Shown one piece after another: positions 48,230 through 60,645 of a DNA stretch of 64,000 bases. Numbering within the stretch: the first letter of the stretch is position 1; each line of letters begins with the position of its first letter. The translations under genes were made by a program, and so were the position numbers. The stretch is from Octopus sinensis. Its lineage: Eukaryota. The stretch is taken from the NCBI RefSeq assembly GCF_006345805.1, contig NC_043000.1, forward strand, positions 92,070,001-92,134,000, read 5' to 3'. The notes beneath the pieces are model-generated. The model was not told where the DNA came from. It made no database searches and was given only the letters and a program-made list of their open reading frames with translations.

Positions 48230-50400
48230 CTGCTCAAGCAGTTGTTGTAGTTGTTGTTGTTGTTGTTGCAGTTGTAGTTTCTTTTGCTGCTGTAGTTATT
48301 GTTTCAGATGTTATTGTTGTCTTCATCATTTTTTTTATATTACGGTTGTTTGTTTTCCTTTCGTAGTGTTGAGATTATTCTTCAGGTATTTGCACCGGTT
48401 GTGATGGTGGTGATGGTATTGAAGTTGTTCCTGTTGTTGGCGGTATCGCTGGTGGGTGTTGGTGTTGTTTCTCTTATTGTTGTTGTTCATGTTGTTGTTA
48501 GTGTTGTCGCTGTTGATGATGTTTATGCTGCCTGATAGTGATGGTGGTGGTGGTGGTGGTGGTGACTTGTAGTGACTTATAATGATGTTTGTTGGCAGTG
48601 ATGGTGGTAGTAGGGATGGTGTTGGTGATGGTGGTGGTGGCTATGTTGTCAGTTGTGACGATGTTTGTAGTGGTGGTGATGGTAGTGATGATGGTGGTAG
48701 GGATGGTGTTGGTGATATTGGTGATGGTGGTGGTGATGTTGGCAGTGGTGGTGATGCTGGTAGTGAAAGTAGTGTTGGCAGCAATGGTGATGTTGGTGGT
48801 GGTATTGGTGATGTTGGCAGTAGTGGTGATGGTGGCAGTGGTGGTGATGTTGATAATGGTGGTGTTGGTGTTGCAGTAAATGGTGGTGGTCATGTTGGGA
48901 GCAGATGGTGATGTTGCTGTTGTTGTTGTTGTTGGTAGTGGCCCTGGTAATAGCAACTAAAAATTTTGTAACATGATAATAGTTGTGGTTATTGTTATTG
49001 TTGTTGCTGTATAGCCTAGGTCAGTCCACACTGAGCAGATCTGTGATCAAAGGAATACCAACTGTGACCATCCTATCTTTTCTGTATGTATAGTAAGGAA
49101 TAATTTGTATGAAGCATTCATCTTTATTTAGGATAGTGTAATATCATTCAAAGGAGAATCAGCTGTTATTTCTAGCAGGTCAAGCCACCACTAGTGGTAG
49201 TTGCAATGATAGTGGTGGTGGTACCAGTGATGAAAAGGGCAGTGGTTGTGGTGGTGGTTGTGGCTATGGTTGTGGTAGTAGTGGTGGTGGTGGTAGCAGT
49301 GGTGGTGGTGGTTGTGGTGGTGGTTGTGTTGGTGGTGGTGGTGATGGTGTTGGTGGTGATTGTGGTGGCTATGGTTTGGTGGTCGTGGTGGTGGTAGTTA
49401 TGGTTGTGGTGGTTGTACTGGTTGTGGTGGTAGTGGTTACAGTGGTGCTGGTGGTTGTGGTGGTGACAATGGTGGTGGTTATGGTTGTGGTGGTGGTGGT
49501 TGTAGTTGTGGGGGTGGTGGTAGTGACAGTGGTGATAGCTGCAGCAGTATTGGTGGCAGTGGTGGTGGAGATGGAGTGGTAGTGGTGGTGGCTGTGACAG
49601 TGGAAGTGGTTGCAGTAGTGGTAGTAGTGGTGATGGTAGGGGTACTAATGGTGACAGGGGCAGTTTATTGTGGTTGTATTCGTGTTGGTGTTGGTAGTAG
49701 TTGTAATGGTGATGGTAGTGGTGATAGCAGTGGAAGCTGCTGTCATGGCTGAGGTGGTTGTGGTGGTAGTGTTGGCAGTGGTAATAGTAATGCTACAGTA
49801 GGATACTCTTAGAAAATGGGTACCAAGGGTTGTCTTGATCATAGTGGCTGTGGTGGTAGTAAGTTTCTTGATAGAGACAATAAATAAGAATTTTGTTTCA
49901 TTCTAGAATTGTAGTGGTATTGTCTGTAGTAGTAATAATGTTAATGGTTTTAGTGGTAGCACTAATGAAGAACTGCAAATCGTAGCTATATCTGATAACA
50001 ATAATGATAGAGACAGTGGTGATTGTGTTGGTTGTGATAGGTGGGGAGGGGCGTAGGTTGATGAAATAGTGGTTGTAATGGTGGTGGTGGTGGTGGTGGT
50101 GGTGGTGGTAGTGGTGGTGGTGGTGGTGGTGGTGGTAGTGATGTTGGTGACAGTTGTAGTGTTGACAGTGGTAATGGTGGTGCTGTTGGTGTTGATGGTG
50201 ATGGTGTTGGTGCTGGTGTTGGTGGTGGTGGTGGTGGTGGTGGTGGTAGTGGTGATGGTGGTGTTGATGATTATGGAGTTAATGTCGGTGGGGGTGGTGA
50301 TGGTGTTGGTCGTGAATCTGTATGGTGTCTTGTACTGGTAGTTGTGAAGGTTGTTGTTGTTGTTGCTGGTGGTGGTAGTGGCGATGACAGAGGTAGTGAT
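48230..50400. repeat. About 2.2-kb cryptic (GGT/GTT/GAT)n low-complexity tract
   Basis: Strong G/T strand bias; yields poly-Val, Thr or Gly ORFs in all frames. Confidence 0.9.
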
Positions 50401-50423
50401 GGTCATGTTTGGGATTGGTTTAC

Positions 50424-50503
50424 TGAGTGAAGAAGTCAACAGCTGCAGCAGTGACTCCATGCAACAGCGCAGAAAATTGCAAGCAGCGAACAGCACCACA
50501 AAG
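50424..50503 (-). CDS. Candidate 80-nt host exon
   Basis: Acceptor ttttttgccctacag| and donor |gtaaac; two frames open (LCGAVRCLQFSALLHGVTAAAVDFFT or FVVLFAACNFLRCCMESLL). Confidence 0.4.
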
Positions 50504-50965
50504 CTGTAGGGCAAAAAACAAAAAAGATAATGGAAAAAAAGGAAAATCCAGAAAATTACAATTTCTCTTTCTTTTTACATTGGTGTTGTTGTTGTTGATT
50601 CTATGTCAAAGAGATCAACTATCCTTTTTTTTTTACATATTTATTTTATTTGCTTTTGCAGATGTCTTTTCTGTTTTTTTTTTAATTTTTGTTGTATGTA
50701 AAGGGATTTTGGCAGCGTCTACCTGTGAAAATTTGATAAAAATTCATTGAAAAATAAGAAAGTAACAACAACATAATCGCAACAATAACAACAACAACAA
50801 CAACAGCAACAAAAGCAATAACTAAAAAACAACAAAATACACATAAATAAAAAAAGAAACAGGAGAAAAAACATCAAAAGAAAAGGAAAAAAATACCATT
50901 TGAGAAGCTGAGAATCAAGAGTGTTACTGAAATCTTACTTCAAACACTTTGTGTAATATTCTCAC

Positions 50966-51137
50966 AAATCACAAAGAGCTCTGCTGCTGCTGTGGAGTAA
51001 TTTTGGTTCCTGTATGTAGGATAAGACAAACTGAGAAATGAAAGATAGTGATCTCTTTTGCTCCTGGATAAGATGCGAGTCTGTTGCATGGAATAAATAA
51101 TCCAAAGATCTCAGGACATTGAATGTAGTCTGTGCCA
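50966..51137 (-). CDS. Candidate 172-nt host exon; one frame has a CAP-Gly-like C-terminal half
   Basis: Acceptor gaatttcag| and donor |gtgaga; the phase-2 frame GTDYIQCPEIFGLFIPCNRL fits G-x2-Y-x2-CP-x3-GLF. Confidence 0.45.
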
Positions 51138-51741
51138 CTGAAATTCATTTAGCAAATTCCTCATTACTTGACTGATACATCATTTTGTTGCCCCTTGAAA
51201 AATAGAAAGCAAGATTATCCTTTCCAAGATTTGAACTCAAAGTGTAAAGGGCTTTAAGGAAATGCCATAAGTCATTTGCCTGATGCTCTCATGATTCTAT
51301 CAATCCCAATGTTAGGCATTCATTTTCAATGAATGTGGACTAAACAAATGGTCACAAAGTGCTGGCACAATTCAAATGATGTATCACAATTATTTAGATA
51401 TAAATTTAATGATTTTTGTCTTAATGAAACAGCTGTTGAGCACAAAATATAAACTGTATGTGAAATTTATGCTTTTCTGCTTTTTTATTAAATACATTGC
51501 TCTTAAAGTTTGTTTTAGCTAACTATGCATATACATGCAGGTTGTGCCCATCTGAATTTTCTACAATGTCGTCACATTCCAGATTTCAATAATCTCTTAT
51601 CAATTAAGGGCTTAATTCCAATGGATTATTTTCTGATGTTTATAAATCAATTCTTCACTTATTAAGAAAAATCTGGATACTATGGCAGAAAAGAGAATAC
51701 TGCTGTTTATTTATTTTATCCATGAAATAAATAAATAAATA

Positions 51742-51785
<44 letters not shown>

Positions 51786-53070
51786 ATTTATTTATAAACA
51801 TCAGAAAATAAACCATCATAATCAAGCCCTTAAGTTGAGACCACATTCAATGAGGATGAATGCCAAACATTTAATAATTGGTAGTTTCAGGACAAGGAAT
51901 TGGTAGAATCATTAGAGCATCAGACAAATGACTTGAGGTATTTCCCTAAAGCCCTCTACACTCTAAGTTCAAATCCTGGAAAGGATAATTTTGCTTTCCA
52001 TTCTTCGAGGAAAGTATCAGTCAAATAGTGGGAAAACTTATTTGAATATAATCTAATCCAAAATATGTCATCTTGTAGTAATGTCAAGTAATCAATATTT
52101 AGTTGTGGTAATTTTCTATTATACCACAGAATGTAGGGTGGCTTAATTGCTTGCTTGAATGTTTGTCTGTCTGTCAGTCTTTTTTAAATATGTATTAAGA
52201 AAATACATATTTAAATAAATTTTAATGTCATGAACAGCAAAAGTGAAACTGGTCAACAAACACAATGCAAGACATAATAAAAATTATATTAAAACTATGT
52301 AAAGTGTGTGCATTTTCCTTCTTTAATTTCTTATATATATTACAACTTACCATATGGAGATAATCAAAATTCCTCCCCTTCTGTTACTATGTATGTATAT
52401 ATATAAGCAATAATAAATCTCTCAGTGAGGTATAAACAGTAGCTGCAACACACCGTGAAGTATATTTGCCACTTAAATGTGGCTAACCCCTAAGGGTGGA
52501 TGCTATTGTAGCTTGTAGCCCTAGGAGTATACCTATTGACATGCTTGTAGCCCTAGGAGGACAGCTATTGACATGCTTTCTGTGCCCTATCAGCATTTGC
52601 AAATACTTCACAATATATATATATATATATATATCAAATAGATGTATATATATTTGATATATACATCAAACTATTCTGCACATACAATAACACCCATGCC
52701 AACCAAACACATCTTCATCATCAGCTACCCCATGGATATCACAATGGTTTTGACACCTGGGTAGTACCATTCAATCCGGCAGTGCCAACAGCACTAAAAT
52801 AAGTGTTGTTTGGGAACAAACATACCTTAGATATCACCACATTCATTCAATCTTAATTCTAGGAAGGATTAAACGGTAACATTATTAATTAAACTACAAG
52901 AGACCACATTTACCCTATGTGCAAACCGTATCGGTAAATTAATTATTCTATAAGTAAACCTATAACTAACTCCTAAATTATATAACTAAATAGCAAACTA
53001 GCCCTTGAAGTCCATACAGATAATATTTCCACCAGTCTTCCGTGGTTATTAATATAAAAGTGAAATCTTT

Positions 53071-53182
<112 letters not shown>

Positions 53183-53563
53183 TCTATGTATGTATGTATA
53201 TATTGCCAAAACTGTCGTGTCAGTATTAAGAATTCTCAATTGGCAGACTATTATGATTTCTGTTAGTGTATATGTTTACATTCATGTAAGTTTAGCTCTT
53301 ATTTTTAACCATGTAGGTGTTTCCTAACACCCTAATTGCATTTAGTGACATTTATAATTCCCTTTTTTTGGTGAACTGCTGTTTGTACAAATTTTATATA
53401 TATATATATGTACATATCATCATCATTATTGTTCAAAATCCGCTTGCCATGGTGGCATGGACTGGACAGTTTGACTAAGGACTGGCAAGCAAAGTGGCTG
53501 CACCAGACTCCAATCTGATCTGGAAAGTTTCTACAGCTAGATGTCCCTCCTAAGACCATATAC

Positions 53564-53598
<35 letters not shown>

Positions 53599-53639
53599 CT
53601 TTTCTACTATAGGCAGAAGGTCTGAAATTAGGGTGGCTG

Positions 53640-53812
53640 GATAGTCGATTACATGAATCCCAGTATGCAACTGGTACTTAATTTATCAACCCTGAAAGGA
53701 TGAAAGGCAAAGTTCACCTCGGCGGAATTTGAACTCAGAACGTAATGACAAACAAAACACCACTAAGCATTTTGCCCGGCATGCTAACGTTTCTGCCAGC
53801 TCTCCACCTTTG
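53640..53812 (-). mobile_element. SINE family B
   Basis: Reverse complement of the 9222-9400 type. Confidence 0.85.
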
Positions 53813-53935
53813 ATATATATAAAGTAGGGAATGGAGCAGATTGCATACATAGCAACCCCTGCTGCCAGCCATAAACCAGATAATAACATTTTTCCGTTTA
53901 TGGAACCTCAATATGGGAAAAATTTACAAATTTAT

Positions 53936-54325
53936 AGGCGCAGGAGTGGCTGTGTGGTAAGTAGCTTGTTTACCAACCACATGGTTCCGGGTTCAGTCCC
54001 ACTGTGTGGCACCTTGGGCAAGTGTCTTCTACTATAGCTTCGGGCTGACCAAAGCCTTGTGAGTGGATTTGGTAGACGGAAACTGAAAGAAGCCCGTCGA
54101 ATATATATATGCGTGTATGTGTTTGTCCCCTAGCATTGCATGACAACCGATGGTGGTGTGTTTATGTCCCCGTTACTTAGCGGTTCGGCAAAAGAGACCG
54201 ATAGAATAAGTACTGGGCTTACAAAAGAATAAGTCCCGGGGTTAAGTTGCTCAATTAAAGGCGGCACTCCAGCATGGCCGCAGTCAAATGACTGAAACAA
54301 GTAAAAGAGTAAAAGAGTAAAAGAG
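53936..54325 (+). mobile_element. SINE family A, full-length young copy
   Basis: ggcgcaggagtggctgtgtggtaag..ggttcagtccc; tail ending (taaaagag)3. Confidence 0.92.
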
Positions 54326-54450
54326 TAACCTTCTGTGCCAATAAACCATTATCATTCCTAAATGTTGTTTTTTTAACATGTTCGATGGACTGCTTGATGC
54401 TTACTCACTTCCTACACCTTGATTCTTGGATTTTACCTTTACATGTATGT

Positions 54451-54507
<57 letters not shown>

Positions 54508-54712
54508 TACATATATTCAAGGGTAACATCATCACACTGAAAAGAAAAAATAATGTAAAACGGCAATCACACCCCCTCATTTATTCAGTCTCACACATAT
54601 TTAAACACAAACATCCACAGACAAAGGATAAATACAAGCAAACACATGCATATACACACACTTGTACACACATACACCCACACACACATATATATATATA
54701 TAGATACATATA

Positions 54713-54759
<47 letters not shown>

Positions 54760-55386
54760 AACGCACATCCATATGTATACTCTAACAGTGAGAAAGAAAG
54801 AGAGAGAGAGAGAAAGAGAGGGAGAAAGATAGAATGAGATAGACAGAGCGAGAAGGAAAGAGGACATTACACATATTGTAACACGTCAGAATTAAGAAGT
54901 ATTTTCCAGCTGCCAAATAGACCATCGGCAATATTCTGTGTTGGGACAGACCCAACATATCTTACTACTATCTTTTCTCTCCTTCTCTCTCTTTCTCTCT
55001 TTTCATTTTATTTTTCTTTCACTTTTCAACTTTGGGGACTTAACACTTTGCAAAGGGGGAAACATAATAATAAAAAAAATGCAAAAAACAAAAAAAAAAG
55101 AAATAAAATATAATAAAAGTCCACGTATAAAACACATGCGCAAAAAAAAAAAATACTCGCTGGCTTTTATTCTCCACATTTGGCATAGCCTTTTTGTTGT
55201 GCACTTGTTTTTGATGTAATTTTATACATTTTTACAATCATTTTTATTATTGCAATTTTTGTTATTCTTTTTTTTATTAAGTTAAGGTTACGTTGAAAAT
55301 TTTTTATTGTGCATTGTTCCTTTCATGTATATATATATATATATGTGTGTGTATGTATGCATATTTGTATATATGTATGCATGTAT

Positions 55387-55423
<37 letters not shown>

Positions 55424-56114
55424 CGTATATGTATATGTATATGTATATGTATATATATATGTATATATATATGTATATATATATATATGTATATATTATA
55501 TATATATATATATCTCCCTTTTTAGTAGAAGAAATAGCTATAACTCTTTGACTGCTATTTCTAAATTCGTATGTGGTAAGGCAATTCGTTGCTAAACCCT
55601 TTATTGCTTAGTATATATATATATATATATTTATATATATGTAATATATATATATAATATATATATATATTATATATATATATATGTGTGTATATATATA
55701 TATATTTTTGTCCTGCTTTTTGTTACACATTATATATAATTATATAGATTTTTTTTTAATGTTGTTGTTGTGTTTGGTGGTGCTTTCTTATATGTTTGTT
55801 ATAAGTTTTTACTAAAACGTTTGTTGAAATGGCCTCCTTTCTGCTGTTTTTAATCTGTTTTTTTTTTTTTGCTGTGGAATTTTTTATTTTCATATTTTTG
55901 TACTCTTCTATTGAGTTTTTGTTGAAATTTTTCTTAGTTTCTTTTTATGCTGTTTTATTATTCTTGTGCCATTTCTTTTTCTTGACTGATGTACTTCATT
56001 TCATCAGTTATTGTTAAAAATTTTATATTTGTGTCTTTGTGTGTTTTGAGTTTTTTAAGTTTCGCTCTAAGTTGTTTGATAATTGTGTCTTTTCTTTTCC
56101 TTTTATTCTCTATC

Positions 56115-56299
56115 ATTAGACTGCGACCATGCTGGGGTACTGCCTTGAAGAATTTTAAGTTGAATGAATCAACTCTAGTACTTCTTTATTTTAATCCCTC
56201 ATACTTATTCTATTAGTCACTTTTGTCAGACCTCTAAGTCATAGGGGCATAAACATGCCAACATCAATTTTCAAGCAGTGGCAGGGACAAACATAGACA

Positions 56300-56335
<36 letters not shown>

Positions 56336-56925
56336 TGCATACACACACGCACACACAATGGGCTTCTTTTAGTTTCTCTCTACCAAATTCACTCACAAAG
56401 CTTTAGTTGGTTTGTAGCTTTAGTAGAAGACACTTGCCCAAGGTGCCATTCAGTAGGACCAAACCCAGAAACTTGTGGTTGGCAATCAGGCTTCACCACA
56501 CAGCCACACTTCAGTCCTGTATGAAATATTTAATCTTCTTTTGTTTTATACTTTTACTTGTCTCAGTCATTGGGCTGTGGCTGTGCTGGGGCACAGCCTT
56601 GAAAGGTCAAATAAAATGATCTCATTAAAATTTAATTGCAAGTCTGATATTTATTCTCTTTTGCTGCACTGCTAAGCTGCAGTGACATAAACAAACCAAC
56701 ACCAGTTGTCAGGGAGAATAACAAATGCAAAGGCACACTCATACATAATATATACATAAATATATATAAGAAGCTTCTTTCAGTTTTCCACTACCAAATT
56801 CATTCACAAGGCATTAGTAGGCCTCAGAATATAGTAACAACGCCTGTCTAAGGTGCTGCATAGTGGGACTGAACACAAAACCATATGGGTGTAAAGCAAG
56901 CTTTTAACCACACATCCATGTCCTT
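56115..56925 (-). mobile_element. Two tandem old SINE family A copies
   Basis: About 56115-56510 and 56550-56925 match the family A reverse complement. Confidence 0.75.
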
Positions 56926-57480
56926 ACCTATAACCAAGCCAACTGTATTTTTATTTCATTCTACCCTTTATAGATAAATTTTCCATTTGTTTTCTTGTAA
57001 TTTTTCATAGAAATTCCTTCATAGAGATTTTGTAGAGAATTTGTAACACATTTCAGAATCTTTCTGTTATTTTTTGATGCTTTTGTTCTTCTTTCAATGA
57101 TCTAATGTCAAATGAAGGATACGAGCACCCATGATCCTTTCCAAGGCCTCGTAGACAAGCAAGAGAATAGGAAAAAGCGCTATCCTTGGATGCAGACCAG
57201 AAACATGGCCCAAATGTTTGCAGTAGAGTGGACTCTGATAAAGTTACCTGGAAGGTACTGTTAAACCAAGTGATGAATTAAGTTTATTTTATTATACCTT
57301 TTTTTTATATATATATATATTTCCTCATAATGTTATAAACCAAATATCTTCTGATGTACTTTTTGTTCTGGACATTTGTAAATTTTTGTTGGCATGTTCT
57401 GTTTTATATCTTATGTAATGTTTTTTTCTTGTATGTAAGTTCTATTCTATATCAATATATTACATTTTTATTGTGTGCTT

Positions 57481-57512
<32 letters not shown>

Positions 57513-57642
57513 GCTTCTATTTGTATTTATTCATATATGTATATTTACTTTTATGCATATATCTTTATGATATCTCTCTCTATATATGTCTGTATGTCTG
57601 TATGTATATATATATATATATGCATATATGTATGATCTATGC

Positions 57643-57690
<48 letters not shown>

Positions 57691-57721
57691 ATGCATATAT
57701 GTATGATCTATGCATATATAT

Positions 57722-57752
<31 letters not shown>

Positions 57753-59669
57753 TTATATGTATATGTGTGTATATATATATCTATATATATATATATATAT
57801 GTATACATACATGCATAGGTGTATGTGTGTGTTTGTACTTCTTTTTTGTATGGAAGTTACAATTGACTGAGTTGGTTATGCGCCAGTCCACTGGCTGAAG
57901 AACTGAGGGTTTGTAGTTCTTCGTTGGTATTGTACACCATTTCTGGCAAAGTGGTATACTTGTCAATCAATTGTATTAGATATGAGCTTGATACAATTAC
58001 TTATGTCAGAAAACATATCATAAATGAAATAAATAATCTTATATAAGAAAAGAACATATATGATATTAATCATTATAAACACTGTGTGAAGACAGAAAGC
58101 TATCTCTTTTGCTGTCTCAAATTGATATGATTTATTGTGAAGAAAAAAGCAATATAACGGCATTTAATTAATAACATATTTTATATATCATTGCTATTGG
58201 GTAATTTTAAGATAATTTTGAGATAATTTTAAAACGGAAAGAAGGCATGCCTAGGTGATTGCAGAATCTCAATATTGGAAATATTTGGCAGTTTGATTTT
58301 AAAAGAGGGCAATTCCAAGCAAGATGAGACAAAACATGAACAATTATAATAAAACTGTGCTACAATGATTTGTGTAGTTTATGTTCCCATAAGTCAATAG
58401 GATTCAGAATAGTAAAAGAAAAGTTTCTGTGAGACTATTGTCATGTGACCAGGACAGCCATCTTGGATCCAGTCTAAAAGACAACAATTTGACTGCAAGG
58501 GCAAAAGGTAGGTATCCAGTTCCATCCTAGAAAACAATTAAACTTCCATCTTGCAAAGATGTACTTACAGGAAGAACCAGAGTAAAACTATAGTTTGGCA
58601 GTGTTATTTTTTTGGAAGATCATCCTGCTTGGTAGATAAAACAGTATTTACTGTGGTCATTAGAATTTGTTGCATCAGTTACATTTTGGCATTATAAGTT
58701 TAGTCTACAGAATCCTGACAAATAATTACCTTAAGACAAAGCAACCATTATGACATGCTGTAAGGTAGGGATTTTATTCTTATACACAGCAGTACTTTAT
58801 ATTTTCGGTTACATGTACCTGTTTGTGCACTATTCATAGAAATTTCAGTCACATTATGATAAGTGACTAACTGTATTATAGGGCTCTCACAGTTACCTGC
58901 AATGCATGTAAAATGTCTAGATTGAATTATCTAAGACATTATGCATGTGCTGCAATAAGCTTCATGGAACATTATTTAGAACTTTTGTGTTCAAATACAG
59001 CATACATTTTGAATATATATCTTTTGATATATATTCCTCATGTTCCTGTTTGATTAAAATAAAAATGTGGAATATTAATTAGTATCCGAGTTTCAGTGTT
59101 ACATCAGTTACAAAATGCTAGGTGGAAATGTTACGCCAGTGCCTGTTGCATCACTTAAATTTTACCAAAGGCATTACATGTACTAAACAATAGTGTTGTA
59201 TATGAAAGCATGCATAATGTCTATACCACTTCAGGTTTATTTTGATATAAAAACTGCTTGCACATGTCAATTTTCTGCATAGGGTTCCCAGCATAAGTAC
59301 CACTGAGTTAGGTATCATATCTTTTTTCCATTGCATCAATTATGGAAGTATTTATTCTCTCTAAGACAAGCTAGTTCAAACATAGAATTACAATACATAT
59401 GTAACAATATTTACGGGCCTCAGCAGTTAAAATATTCCTAGGTCATTACATTTCAGTTAGCTTAAGTAAGATGCCAGAACAGTTTTAGTATAAAATAAAT
59501 TCTTGTAAATGTTGTGTCAGTTATGATGGAATTGCTCAAGACAGAGTAATATATTACATTGAAATTATTGCTTAACTGCCTTCGTCATTGTCATCATTGC
59601 CGTTACCAGTACTGAAATTCTTAGCATCATAGTTGAAGTCAGCATCGTTGTCATAATGTATATGCTTCC

Positions 59670-59833
59670 ATGCACGGGAGTGGCCGTGTGGTAAGAAGCT
59701 TGCTTCCCAACCACATAATCCTGGGTTCAGTTCCACTGTGTGGCACCTTGGGCAAGTGTCTTCTGCTATAGCCTTAGGCTGACCAAAGCCTTGTGACTGG
59801 TGTTGGTTGGCAGAAACTGAAAAAGGCCCGTTG

Positions 59834-59864
<31 letters not shown>

Positions 59865-60130
59865 GTAATATATACGACAGCTTTATATATATATATATAT
59901 ATATGTATATGTATGTATATGCATATATTTGTGTCAGTGTTTGTCTCCACTCTATCACTTGACAGCTGATGTTGGGGTGTTTACATTCCTGTAACTTACC
60001 GGTTCGGCAAACAGACCCAACAATAAATACTAGGCTTACAAAGAGTGAGTCCTAGTGTTGATCTGTTTGACTAAAGGGGGTGCTCCAGCATGGCCGCCAT
60101 AAAATGACTGTAACTAGTAAAAGAAAAAAA
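59670..60130 (+). mobile_element. SINE family A
   Basis: Full-length copy. Confidence 0.85.
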
Positions 60131-60645
60131 GAATGCTTACATAGGTCAGATGAAATTAGTTGAAGATTTTCTACTGCTGGATGCTCTTCCTGTTGCCGAC
60201 ACTTGATTTCAAGTAAAGTTATATTTCTCTGCATTCTCTGAACACAAACATTTTTTACTGAAACAGGAAAATTACATTTTTCTAACAGGTTTATGGTGTT
60301 TACAGCTCATTAACATTTAAAGTATGTTCTTCAATGCAATTTTAATCCCTGTGATGGATGAAGCATGTGGAATTAATTTTAGATAGAAACTAGCAGTATC
60401 ACCCGGTGTTGCTTGGGTTTGTTTCAACCCTTTAGAATTGGAATTTTTGAAAAGTAAAAATTTTGCATTATGCAACTTGTTATTCTCTTCAAGTGAACAT
60501 TTTTTCCAGTTGAAATACACCGAAAAATGGTGACACAGCAGTCAAAAATCGTATAAAATAGGAATTTTCATAGAAAAAAAGCACCTTTTTGATGTAAATA
60601 ATTTTTGGTGTTAACATGGTCCGATTTGAATTTTATCTTCTACAG

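Noticed and set aside
48498-50400. Thr-rich mucin-like and Val/Gly-rich ORFs
   Set aside because: Arise in all frames from cryptic trinucleotide repeats; no unique coding core or splice support
52690-52870. Possible exon upstream of the CAP-Gly-like segment
   Set aside because: No GKNDG-like motif; the phase does not fit with strong splice sites
57100-57270. Unique GC-richer island with open frames on both strands
   Set aside because: No consistent splice pair or recognisable motif
58390-58600. Exon-like island (minus DGTGYLPFALAVKLL..; plus IQNSKRK..ARAK with a 63-nt intron)
   Set aside because: Splice signals on both strands, the minus-strand intron would be only 42 nt, and the protein is not recognised
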